DNA from: an uncultured Anaerolineales bacterium | Lineage (GTDB): Bacteria; Chloroflexota; Anaerolineae; CG2-30-64-16 | Direction: 5' to 3' | Assembly (NCBI GenBank): GCA_964647255.1 | Contig: CAZYGI010000005.1 | Span: 624-64,623, forward strand | Length of the DNA: 64,000 bases | Part shown: piece after piece, positions 26,479 through 35,109 of the stretch | How the letters are laid out: each line of letters starts with the position of its first letter | Position numbering within the stretch: the first letter of the stretch is position 1 | Notes under the pieces: model-generated | Database searches by the model: none | Told to the model about the DNA's origin: nothing | Seen by the model: only the letters and a program-made list of their open reading frames with translations | Position numbers and translations under genes: made by a program

Positions 26479-27390
26479 ATGTACGACCTCATCATTATCG
26501 GTGGTGGGCCGGCCGGGCTGACGGCAGCCATCTACGCCATCCGCAAACGGTTGAACTGTCTCTTGATCAGCCCAGACCTGGGCGGCAAAGCCAACGTCCA
26601 CACTCACATTGAGGGCATGGACACCTACAACATCGTCAACGGTTCGGATCTGGTGCGCCGTTTCCGCAACGAAGTGGAATACCTGGACTTTGCGCGCATC
26701 CTGGAGAAAGTCTCCGCGCTGAGAAAAGTTGAAAACCGCTTCGTCGTCACGACGGTCGGCGGCAAGGAGCTGGAGGCGCGGGCGGTCATCCTGGCTAGCG
26801 GCGCCGACGGTGTGCGGCTGGCCGTCCCCGGCGCCGACCGTTACGCTCTGCGCGGGATCACCTACTCCACTGTCAGCTATGCCCCGCTGTACATTGACAA
26901 GACGGTGGCGTTGGTAGGCGCAGGCCGCATCGCGCTGCGCGGTGCGGCCGAGCTGGCGCAGATCGCTAAGCAGCTCTATCTCGTCGCGCCGACGCATGGC
27001 GAACTGGACACCTACCTCGGCCGGAAGCTGCGCGCCGCACCGAATGTCACCCTGTTCGAGAATTGGACGCCTGCAGCCGTGCAAGGTGAGGATGTGGCCC
27101 GCCAGCTCGTGATCCGGTCGCCCGAAGGCGCGGAGCAAACGCTGGAGGTGGATGGCATCTTCGTCGAACTGGGGCTCAAACCCAACACCCAACTGGTGGC
27201 GGGTTGGGCGAAGCTGGACGATGAAGGCCGCGTCGTGATCAACGGCGAGGGCCAAACCAGCGTGCCCGGCCTCTTTGCCGCAGGCGATGTGACGAATGAG
27301 CCCGCCGAGCAGGTCGTCATTGCGATCGGCGACGGCGCTAAAGCGGCCCTGAACGCGTACGAGTATCTGTTGAAATGCGAGGAGTGCTGA
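26479..27390 (+). CDS. thioredoxin-reductase-like FAD oxidoreductase lacking the redox CxxC, with C-terminal CEEC
   Basis: MYDLIIIGGGPAGLTAAIYA, GLFAAGDVT. The position of TrxB CATC reads STVS (GITYSTVSYAPLY). The protein ends ...YEYLLKCEEC. Confidence 0.8.
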   Translation: MYDLIIIGGGPAGLTAAIYAIRKRLNCLLISPDLGGKANVHTHIEGMDTYNIVNGSDLVRRFRNEVEYLDFARILEKVSALRKVENRFVVTTVGGKELEARAVILASGADGVRLAVPGADRYALRGITYSTVSYAPLYIDKTVALVGAGRIALRGAAELAQIAKQLYLVAPTHGELDTYLGRKLRAAPNVTLFENWTPAAVQGEDVARQLVIRSPEGAEQTLEVDGIFVELGLKPNTQLVAGWAKLDDEGRVVINGEGQTSVPGLFAAGDVTNEPAEQVVIAIGDGAKAALNAYEYLLKCEEC

Positions 27391-27468
27391 ACGAACGATG
27401 ATGGATCATTGCGCACGGACATGGCAATCGTCCATCATCAATCGTCCAGCCCCCGAAAGGAGCAATCC

Positions 27469-28353
27469 ATGACCGCGAAACTGATTGACGGGAAGATCAT
27501 CTCCGAGGCGGTGCGCCGGGAAGCGGCCGAGGAAACGGCGAAGTTGAAGGCGCAGACGGGTCAGGTCCCCACCCTGGCGGTGGTGCTGGTCGGCGACAAC
27601 CCGGCCTCGCAAAGCTACGTCACGTCCAAGGGCAAGGCGTGCGAAGAGGCCGGTATGGGTTCGATCACCCATCGGCTGCCGGCCACCGCGACCCAGGCCG
27701 AGGTCGAGGACCTGGTCCGAACGCTCAACGCCGACCCGGCCGTCAACGGCATCCTGGTGCAGTTGCCGCTGCCCAAGGGCCTGGACGAAGAGGCCGTGCT
27801 CAACCTCATCAGCCTGAACAAAGACGTGGACGGCTTCCATCCGATGAATATCGGCCAGCTCGTGATGAAAGGGCGCACGCCGCAGTTTATCCCCTGCACC
27901 CCGGCCGGCTGCATCGAGATGCTCGTCCGCTCCGGCATCGAGATCGCGGGCAAGGATGCGGTCGTCGTGGGCCGCAGCAATATCGTCGGCGTCCCCGTGG
28001 CGGCGCTGCTGCAAAACGCGGATGCAACCGTGACCGTTTGCCACAGCCGGACCAAAGACCTGCCGGCCAAGGTGCACGACGCCGACATCGTGGTGGCAGC
28101 CATCGGCCGGCCGGAGTACGTGCGAGGCGAATGGCTAAAGCCAGGCTGCGCCGTCATTGACGTCGGGATCAACCGCATCCCGGATGCGACCAAGAAGAGC
28201 GGAGCGCGGCTGGTGGGCGATGTGAACTTCGCCGAAGCGGTCGAGGTGGCGGGCTACATCACCCCCGTCCCCGGCGGCGTCGGCCTGATGACGGTCGCGA
28301 TGCTGCTGGCAAATACGGTCAGGGCGTTCAAGTTGCAGCACGGCATTGCGTAA
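27469..28353 (+). CDS. folD: bifunctional methylene-THF dehydrogenase / methenyl-THF cyclohydrolase
   Basis: LIDGK..PTLAVVLVGDNPASQSYV..GILVQLPLP..DVDGFHP..PCTPAG..VVVGRSNIVG..TPVPGGVGLMT. Confidence 0.93.
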   Translation: MTAKLIDGKIISEAVRREAAEETAKLKAQTGQVPTLAVVLVGDNPASQSYVTSKGKACEEAGMGSITHRLPATATQAEVEDLVRTLNADPAVNGILVQLPLPKGLDEEAVLNLISLNKDVDGFHPMNIGQLVMKGRTPQFIPCTPAGCIEMLVRSGIEIAGKDAVVVGRSNIVGVPVAALLQNADATVTVCHSRTKDLPAKVHDADIVVAAIGRPEYVRGEWLKPGCAVIDVGINRIPDATKKSGARLVGDVNFAEAVEVAGYITPVPGGVGLMTVAMLLANTVRAFKLQHGIA

Positions 28354-28365
28354 AGGAAGCAAATC

Positions 28366-28917
28366 ATGTCACTGCGCTCCTACATCCAAGATCACCCCGC
28401 CCCCCTCGTCTGGTCATGGGAGGCAACCGCGTGGGTCTTGCGGCGGATTAAGCCGTTGTTCGCGAAGCTGGGCATGGAAACGTCGTCCAAGATCGTCAAG
28501 GCGCCAGAGGAGGTGGTCAAGGGGCTGCTGTTCAACTGCCAGGATTGCGCCCAATGCGTGCTGCATTACACCGGCATGACCTGTCCGATGAACTGCCCCA
28601 AGAACCTGCGCAACGGGCCGTGCGGCGGCGTACGACTGAACGGCCATTGCGAGGTTAAGCCCGAGATGGATTGCGTGTGGGTCAAGGCGATCGAGCGGGC
28701 GCCGAAAACACCGTATGCCCACGAGCTGCGTCGCCTGAACCCGCCGGTGGACTGGCGGCTGAAGGGCCAGGCGTCGTGGGTCACCTACTCGCTGGGCCGC
28801 GATCAAATCCCGACCGGCGCCGATACGACCATCCGTTACGCCGACGAGGCGCTGCCAGATAGAAACCAGGTTTCTGCGAGAAACCTGGTTTCTGGAGGCA
28901 AGGAGGCGGCGAAATGA
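28366..28917 (+). CDS. metV: methylene-THF reductase small (MetV, Cys-rich) subunit
   Basis: CQDCAQCVLHYTGMTCPMNCPKNLRNGPCGG motif. ATGA overlap with metF. Confidence 0.82.
   Translation: MSLRSYIQDHPAPLVWSWEATAWVLRRIKPLFAKLGMETSSKIVKAPEEVVKGLLFNCQDCAQCVLHYTGMTCPMNCPKNLRNGPCGGVRLNGHCEVKPEMDCVWVKAIERAPKTPYAHELRRLNPPVDWRLKGQASWVTYSLGRDQIPTGADTTIRYADEALPDRNQVSARNLVSGGKEAAK
28861..28893. repeat. perfect 33-nt palindrome (15+3+15) in frame in the metV 3' end, 8 nt upstream of the metF RBS
   Basis: AGAAACCAGGTTTCT GCG AGAAACCTGGTTTCT; same core as 17867-17897. Confidence 0.95.
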
Positions 28918-29894
28918 ACGTCCAGACGCCTCCTGCCGCACCCGCGGCGCCCATCCAGACCGGCCTCACCGGTGCGGGCAGCAATCTGGCAAAGGTGATC
29001 GCCGCCGGCCACTTCCCTGTCTGCGTCGAGATTTCGCCGCCGGTCGGCCCGAACGTTGAGGCGATCCAGCGCGAAATCAAGACGCTGAAGGGCTACGGCG
29101 ACGCATACAACGTCACCGATAACCAGTCGGCCATGGTGCACGTCTCCAGCCTGGCAGTCAGCATCATGCTGAAGCAGGCCGGCATGGAGCCGGTAATCCA
29201 GTTCACCGCGCGGGACCGCAACCGCCTGGGCATGCAGGGCGACATGCTGGGCGCCTACGTCTTCGGGATCAACACGCTCCTGTGTCTCAGCGGCGACCAC
29301 CCGATCTGGGGCGACCACCCGCAGTGCAAGCCGGTCTACGACCTGGATTCGATCAACATCATCCGCATGGCGCGCATGATGCGCGATAACCAGGTGTTCG
29401 AGAACGGCAAGCTGATCCCGAAGATCGCGCCCGACTTTTTCATCGGCGCAGTGGAGAACCCGTTTGCGCCGCCATACGAATATCGGCCCTATCGCCTAGC
29501 GAAAAAGATCGTCGCGGGCGCCCAGTTTGTTCAGACCCAGCTGATCTTCAACGTGGACCGTTTCCGCGAGTTCATGAAGCGCGTCGTTGACCTCGGCCTG
29601 CACGAGAAGATCGCGATCCTGGCCGGCGTCGGCCCCATCCGCTCAAGCAAGGCGGCCGAGTACATGAAGAACGAAGTCGCCGGCATGGACGTGCCCGACT
29701 GGGTGCTCAAACGGCTGGACGGGCTGTCGAAAGAGGATCAGCAGAAGGCCGGTCTCGACATCTGCTGCGAAGTCGCCAACCAGGTGCGCGAGATCGAGGG
29801 CGTGAAAGGGCTGCACATCATGGCGGTCAGTTGGCCGGCCGCCGTGCCGCAGGTGTGCCAGATGCTGGGACTGTACCCACGACCGGTGGTGTAA
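28914..29894 (+). CDS. metF: methylenetetrahydrofolate reductase
   Basis: FPVCVEISPP..NVTDN..TARDRN..LLCLSGDHP..FIGAVENP..FVQTQLIF. Confidence 0.88.
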   Translation: MNVQTPPAAPAAPIQTGLTGAGSNLAKVIAAGHFPVCVEISPPVGPNVEAIQREIKTLKGYGDAYNVTDNQSAMVHVSSLAVSIMLKQAGMEPVIQFTARDRNRLGMQGDMLGAYVFGINTLLCLSGDHPIWGDHPQCKPVYDLDSINIIRMARMMRDNQVFENGKLIPKIAPDFFIGAVENPFAPPYEYRPYRLAKKIVAGAQFVQTQLIFNVDRFREFMKRVVDLGLHEKIAILAGVGPIRSSKAAEYMKNEVAGMDVPDWVLKRLDGLSKEDQQKAGLDICCEVANQVREIEGVKGLHIMAVSWPAAVPQVCQMLGLYPRPVV

Positions 29895-29980
29895 GCGATC
29901 CCGATTGCGCCGCCGAGCGTCTGGAACTTTCAACGCGCCGCGAACGTTCTGATGGCAGGATTCATCAAGGGAGGTGAAGG

Positions 29981-30502
29981 ATGTTCAGAGGTTCGGTTCT
30001 CGTCTTGGCCATTATTGCGCTCGCCGCGTGCGCGCCTTTACCGTCGGCGTCGGTATCGTCCCCGTCGACACCGGGATCTGAGGCAGTTGTAGCTACAGGA
30101 GGAACGCCAGCGGTCACGCCTTTCGAGGCGCAAGTCGACGCACAGTCCGGCGGGCCGGCGATTACACTGATCCGCAGCGGTGGGCTGGCGGGCAAGGTGG
30201 TGCAGTGGGATATTTACCTGGATGGCCGCGTGGTATCGAGTTCGGGGAAGGAAGAAATGGTGCCCGACGCCGAGGTCACGCGGGTCATCTCCGACATCGA
30301 GAAGTTGGGCTTTTATGAGCTGGCTGAACCGGGGGGCAAGAACAACAGTTGTGCCGACTGCTTCCTCTATAAGCTCACGGTGCGAGACGGCGGCAAAGAG
30401 CGGACCCTGGCCTTCACGCCTGAGGCCACAGGCACGCCGGCGGAGCTGCTGCAGATGATGGAGAAGTTGAACCTCCTGCTTCAGGCTTTGCCGAAGGAGT
30501 AA
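29981..30502 (+). CDS. lipoprotein of unknown function (possible emfourin-like M4 inhibitor)
   Basis: Signal peptide plus lipobox LVLAIIALAAC. Mature part has IRSGGLAGKVVQW and CADCFLYKLTV. Convergent neighbour of the M4 peptidase. Confidence 0.55.
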   Translation: MFRGSVLVLAIIALAACAPLPSASVSSPSTPGSEAVVATGGTPAVTPFEAQVDAQSGGPAITLIRSGGLAGKVVQWDIYLDGRVVSSSGKEEMVPDAEVTRVISDIEKLGFYELAEPGGKNNSCADCFLYKLTVRDGGKERTLAFTPEATGTPAELLQMMEKLNLLLQALPKE

Positions 30503-30556
30503 CCCCCTGGTTGCGCCGGTCAGATGACCGACGCAACCAGGTGAATCCGTTTCCGA

Positions 30557-30602
30557 GGGTGTGTTGGGCGGTACAGTTGTCCAGCACACCCTTTCTTTTT
30601 TG
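30557..30602 (+). terminator. intrinsic terminator between convergent genes
   Basis: GGGTGTGTTGG ... CCAGCACACCC stem followed by TTTCTTTTTT. Confidence 0.7.
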
Positions 30603-30614
30603 CCGTCTGCCGGC

Positions 30615-33600
30615 TTACGGGACCCGGGTCGCCGTGAAAGGCGTCTTGACGTCTACCTGTTCCGTCAGGTAGGGCAGGGTGCTGTCGTTTGCCGCGGCTT
30701 GCGCGCTGTGCACCCAGCTCGCGGTCCAGGAGTACGGCCCGCCGCTGACGGAACCGCAACCGTAGATGTAGAAATTATTCAGGCCCAACGATCCGCTGGC
30801 GGAGGTGGACGACGCGAACGTGCCTGAGGCATAGAACCCTCCGGTGAACGAGAACTTATTGCTGGAGATGGACGCCGGAGTTGTGTGGGTGATCTTGTAG
30901 CTTCCGCAGCCGGATACGCTGAGATAGATGGCGAAGTTCTGTACTTGCTTTCTATCGCTGCTTACGTAGAACTCCATGGCTCCGCCGCTCTTTTGCCAGA
31001 AGCCGGGGGTGGGACCGGATACAGGCGGAGGAACCACGACCGACTGAACGTTGCTCCATCCACTGTCGCCTATGCTGTTCGTAGCCTTCACGCGGTAATA
31101 GTACGTGCCGACCGCCTTGCCCGAGGCCGCCCACGACGTCGAGGCGCTGTGGTCCACCCGAGTCGTCGGGCTGGAGAATGCGCTGTTATCATCTTCCTGG
31201 AGAGTGTACGAATTGGCGCCGGCGACCGAGTTCCAGCTCACCGTGTAACTCCCATCCCCATCCGCGTTGTCGATCGCATCCAGCACCGGCGCGGATGGCG
31301 GCGCAACCGCCGCCGACTGAACATTACTCCACGCGCTGTCACCGTAGGCGTTGGTGGCCCTCACCCGGTAGTAGTAGGTGCCGATGGTCTTGCCTGAGGC
31401 TGCCCAGGACGTGGAGGCGACATGGTCTGCCACCGTGGCCGGGCTGGAGAATGCGCTGTTGTCATCTTCCTGGAGGGTGTACGAGGTGGCGTCGGCAGCC
31501 GGGTTCCAGCTCACTGCGTAATTCCCATCCCCATCCGTGTTGTCGATTGCATTCAGCACCGGCACATCGGGCACAGGCGGCCAGCGACGCATGATCAGCG
31601 GCAAGTAGACCTTCCGGCCACCGACCAGTGCGCTGCTGGAGTTGTTCGCCGAATCGCTATCATTCGGCGCCGAGATTGTAGCAGTGTTGACGAAAGTGAA
31701 TCCCGACGGCAGGTCGGTGCTGAGCTTGCCGTTGACGGTAATGGTGCCACTGGCGCCCGCGGCGAGCGAGGCGAGGTTCCAGGTGTACGCCGCGCCGCCC
31801 CCTTGCGTCACCGGAAGTGTGCTGCTGTAGCTCAGGTTGGCCACCTGGGATGGCACGAGATCTGTGATCACGATCTGCGATGCGGCGGCGTTGCCCAGGT
31901 TGGCGACCGTGAGGATGAAGCTGATGGGATCGCCCGGCCGGGGGTTGCTGCTGGCCAGACGCTTGTTGATGCTGACATCGGGCGCGGTCACCACAGCCGC
32001 GCACGTGTAGATGTTGATGTCATCCAGGAACCAGCCCCAACTGTAGCCTGAGCTATCGGTGCCGATGCGGAATCGGAACCGGATGTTCTGCCCCGCGAGC
32101 GTGCTCAGGCCCAGGCGGCTTGAGATGTAACCGTTGCTTTTGCTGCCAAAGGCCTGGCGCGCCCCCAACGGATTGCCGCTGTCAAGCGTGCCGCGATACC
32201 CGTTGTCGGTGATGAGCGAGCCGGCATCGTGCCACGAGCTGCCGCTGTCGGTGCTGTATTCGATGACGCCGCCGTCGTACATGGTTCCGCCGGAGGAGGT
32301 CTCAAAACCGTACGAGTGGTTGAAGCGGAGATAGGGCGATTTCCCTGCCGGCAGCGCAATGTTCTTAGTCATCGCGATGAAAGAGTCGGTGCTGCTGTCC
32401 GGGTCGTCGCCGAAAAAGTTGTACCTGCCGCTGGTGGCGTAGGTAGCATCGAACCCGGTGTAGGCGTTTGGATTCTGTGGATAGAACCATACCTGCGAAC
32501 CGCTGATCGTGCCCTTGCTCCAGTTGCCGCTGGCCGTGTTCTCCAGGTTATCGAAGAATAGGCTGGTGGCTGTCTGACCGGTGGGGCAGAGAGGCGCTTC
32601 ATTGGCCGGGCACTGGGTCGGCTGCTGGTTCATCTCTGTGGCGTCCACCGCGTTCTTCACCTGTTGGCAGTCGGCGGCAGTGATGCCGTTGGTGCCGACC
32701 AGGTTGGTGCAGGCCTGTTGCAAGCCATTGTAGAGATCCTGGAAATCGCTGGCCGACGTGAACAGATGGGTCTGCACCTCGTAGAAAATCTTGGCGACTT
32801 TCGTGATCCCTAAGCCAGTCACGGTTTTGCCATTGAAGGTGCCGCCATCGGTCATCAGGTAGGCTGCCTTGTTCGACACGCCGCTGTTGGTGTGGACCCC
32901 GCCGTTGTCTTTATCCTGCAGGTCGCACGAATAGTTGGCGCTCGTTATCTTGTCCGGGTCATTGTACGCCGGCGGGTTGCTCATGCTGCGGATCGCACCG
33001 CCCGGCACGTCTTCACCCATCAGCCAGCGAACCGCGGTCGTGTCGGTACCCTTGCCGTTGCTCAGGTCAATGAACTCACCCCAGATATCTGACAACGACT
33101 CGTTAATAGCACCGGATTGCATGTAGTAAAAGAGGTGTGATTCGTGATCTGTGACCCCGTGCGTCATCTCATGGGCCACCACGTCATCGGCGGACGAGTA
33201 CCCCTGGCCGTAGACCATCTGCTCGCCGTTCCAAAACGCGTTCTCGTAGGGACAGGTGACGCCGGTTTTGCAGTAACGCACCGTTGAGATAAGCTGCATG
33301 CCGGCGCCGTCCACGCTATCCCGGTTGTGTGTGTTCTTGTAGAAGTCGTAGACATCCCCCGCGTAGTCATAGGCCTTGTCAGCATCGCCGATCCCGGTGG
33401 CTCCCTGGCCCTCCACACGCACCGGACCGTTGCCGGGCAGCCCATAAGATGTGTTGTTCTGGTTGTCGTAAATCTTGCGGTACTTGGCCGTGTCGATCTC
33501 GCTGAAATGGAGCACCACACCGCCGCGATGGGCATCGACCAGAACCAGCTCCTTGATCGGCAGCAGATCGGTTGCCTGCACCTCGACGCGCCAGACTAAC

Positions 33601-34241
33601 GACGTGACGCGAGGGCCGGGAGCGTCCAGCAGCACCGGGTCGTAGATCCACAGCTCGGGCTCCGTGGCCTGCAAGGTGTCGCTGGGCTGAGCGTAGTCTT
33701 TGGCGATCTGTCCAACCGCCAACCGGGCGGCGTCCCCGGCTGCGAGGGTGGGGACGCTGTCGACCCTGAGGTCGGGCAACACCTCGCCGTTGACCGACAG
33801 GATATCGCGCTTGCCGTCCATCTGGACGATCAACTCGCCGCCCAGCACCGGAATGTTGGCTGAAACCTGTTGGAACCGTACGAAGGAGCGGTTCCCATCG
33901 GCCTCCTGCGTTTTCATCACGGCCAGACCTTGGGCCTGATCTGTCACCCCGAAAAGCGTGCCGTAAGCGGACAGGAACTGGCGTGCTGCGGTCTCGGGGG
34001 TCGCGTCACCGACAAGGGGAGCCGGCTGGGGGATCGGATGCGCCTGGTCTGTCCCAATGAAGCGCACCTGGCCCGTATCGGCATGGTAGGCGATCTGTAT
34101 CTGGTGGTCGGTTTGTTGTTTCAACGTATCCAGCAGACCCGTGGAAATGCTCGCATCCGGGTTAGCTTGGCCGCAGACTGGGATCGTAGTCAACAGGAGG
34201 AGCAAGATCGGAATGACGGCGAGGACATGGCGTTTCTTCAT
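30615..34241 (-). CDS. secreted M4 (thermolysin-like) metallopeptidase with long C-terminal extension (DUF11-like, 2x FN3-like, terminal beta-rich domain)
   Basis: Signal peptide MKKRHVLAVIPILLLLLTTIPVCGQA, HEMTHGV zinc motif, GAINESLSDIWGE third ligand. ATG 34241 with AAGGAG RBS replaces track start 34355. Confidence 0.9.
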   Translation of the reverse strand: MKKRHVLAVIPILLLLLTTIPVCGQANPDASISTGLLDTLKQQTDHQIQIAYHADTGQVRFIGTDQAHPIPQPAPLVGDATPETAARQFLSAYGTLFGVTDQAQGLAVMKTQEADGNRSFVRFQQVSANIPVLGGELIVQMDGKRDILSVNGEVLPDLRVDSVPTLAAGDAARLAVGQIAKDYAQPSDTLQATEPELWIYDPVLLDAPGPRVTSLVWRVEVQATDLLPIKELVLVDAHRGGVVLHFSEIDTAKYRKIYDNQNNTSYGLPGNGPVRVEGQGATGIGDADKAYDYAGDVYDFYKNTHNRDSVDGAGMQLISTVRYCKTGVTCPYENAFWNGEQMVYGQGYSSADDVVAHEMTHGVTDHESHLFYYMQSGAINESLSDIWGEFIDLSNGKGTDTTAVRWLMGEDVPGGAIRSMSNPPAYNDPDKITSANYSCDLQDKDNGGVHTNSGVSNKAAYLMTDGGTFNGKTVTGLGITKVAKIFYEVQTHLFTSASDFQDLYNGLQQACTNLVGTNGITAADCQQVKNAVDATEMNQQPTQCPANEAPLCPTGQTATSLFFDNLENTASGNWSKGTISGSQVWFYPQNPNAYTGFDATYATSGRYNFFGDDPDSSTDSFIAMTKNIALPAGKSPYLRFNHSYGFETSSGGTMYDGGVIEYSTDSGSSWHDAGSLITDNGYRGTLDSGNPLGARQAFGSKSNGYISSRLGLSTLAGQNIRFRFRIGTDSSGYSWGWFLDDINIYTCAAVVTAPDVSINKRLASSNPRPGDPISFILTVANLGNAAASQIVITDLVPSQVANLSYSSTLPVTQGGGAAYTWNLASLAAGASGTITVNGKLSTDLPSGFTFVNTATISAPNDSDSANNSSSALVGGRKVYLPLIMRRWPPVPDVPVLNAIDNTDGDGNYAVSWNPAADATSYTLQEDDNSAFSSPATVADHVASTSWAASGKTIGTYYYRVRATNAYGDSAWSNVQSAAVAPPSAPVLDAIDNADGDGSYTVSWNSVAGANSYTLQEDDNSAFSSPTTRVDHSASTSWAASGKAVGTYYYRVKATNSIGDSGWSNVQSVVVPPPVSGPTPGFWQKSGGAMEFYVSSDRKQVQNFAIYLSVSGCGSYKITHTTPASISSNKFSFTGGFYASGTFASSTSASGSLGLNNFYIYGCGSVSGGPYSWTASWVHSAQAAANDSTLPYLTEQVDVKTPFTATRVP
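31020..31580 (-). repeat. tandem ~279-bp duplication encoding two FN3-like modules
   Basis: VLNAIDNTDGDGNYAVSWNPAADATSYTLQEDDNSAFSSP... versus VLDAIDNADGDGSYTVSWNSVAGANSYTLQEDDNSAFSSP... Confidence 0.85.
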
Positions 34242-34487
34242 GGTGCGATCTCCTTTGGTTCCTTGAGGATGCGAATGGACAACCCATGGCCGCTCCTCCC
34301 CGGGGAGCATACGGACGGGAGCAACAGCCACGCCTTGTGCCCAACCGAGCCTCAATCATACATCGGCTTTGTTGCGCAAGCAAAATGGTAAAATAAGATG
34401 TATCTGGAAGTGATGTAGACGTAAATGGTTGTACCTGTGACACCGTCCGATAGGTTGATCCTGTTTCGCCATAGGCAGAAAACTCTT

Positions 34488-34516
34488 TTGCTTCGGTAAG
34501 TAACTGATGCTAGAAT
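34488..34516 (+). promoter_or_regulatory. sigma70-type promoter, leaderless geometry
   Basis: TTGCTT, 17 nt, TGcTAGAAT. The -10 ends 7 nt before ATG 34523. Confidence 0.45.
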
Positions 34517-34522
34517 CCGTCC

Positions 34523-34999
34523 ATGGACGCCATCCGCACCCGTATCACCGATATCCTCGACGCTCGCGGCGTCTCCTACCGTTGGCTGCGGCATGCCGAG
34601 CCGGTCTTCACCGTGGAGGCAGCGGCTGCCCAGCGCGGCGTCGTGCTGGAGGAGATGGTCAAGTCCATCCTGCTATGCGATCGAACCGGCCACTATGTCA
34701 TGGCGTGCGTGCCGGGCGCATCCCGGGTGGATCCCAAGGCGGTGCAGGCCGCGTTGGGCGAGGGCTGGCGACGATTGCACTTCGCCAGCGGCGGGGAGAT
34801 CCAGGTTGTCACAGGTTGTGTTCAGGGCGCGGTGACGCCGATCGGGTTGCCCGACGAGGTGCCAGTGCTGTTCGACGCAGCCATCGCGGACCTGGTCCGC
34901 TGCAATATCAGCAGTGGCGACCCGCTGGCCGGATTGGAGCTTGACCCTGCCGACCTGGTGCGTGTCGCTGGAGGCCGGTTTGCGCCGATTGCCGGGTAA
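34523..34999 (+). CDS. YbaK/EbsC-type aminoacyl-tRNA deacylase domain protein
   Basis: Size and pattern (FTVEAAAAQRGVVLEEMVKSILL..., GAVTPIGL) typical of the YbaK/ProX editing domain. Confidence 0.78.
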   Translation: MDAIRTRITDILDARGVSYRWLRHAEPVFTVEAAAAQRGVVLEEMVKSILLCDRTGHYVMACVPGASRVDPKAVQAALGEGWRRLHFASGGEIQVVTGCVQGAVTPIGLPDEVPVLFDAAIADLVRCNISSGDPLAGLELDPADLVRVAGGRFAPIAG

Positions 35000-35109
35000 C
35001 GGTAGGTCCGGCTATTCTGTTTTGCTTGGTGATCATGCCGAGTGGGTGTAGAATTCGCATGCCCTCGCCATGATAGGGTGCATCTGGCAAGCTTGAGAGG
35101 CCTCGCTCG

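Noticed and set aside
34242-34355. 38-aa N-terminal extension of the M4 peptidase ORF
   Set aside because: The internal ATG 34241 has an AAGGAG RBS and is immediately followed by a canonical signal peptide. The extension would bury the signal peptide.
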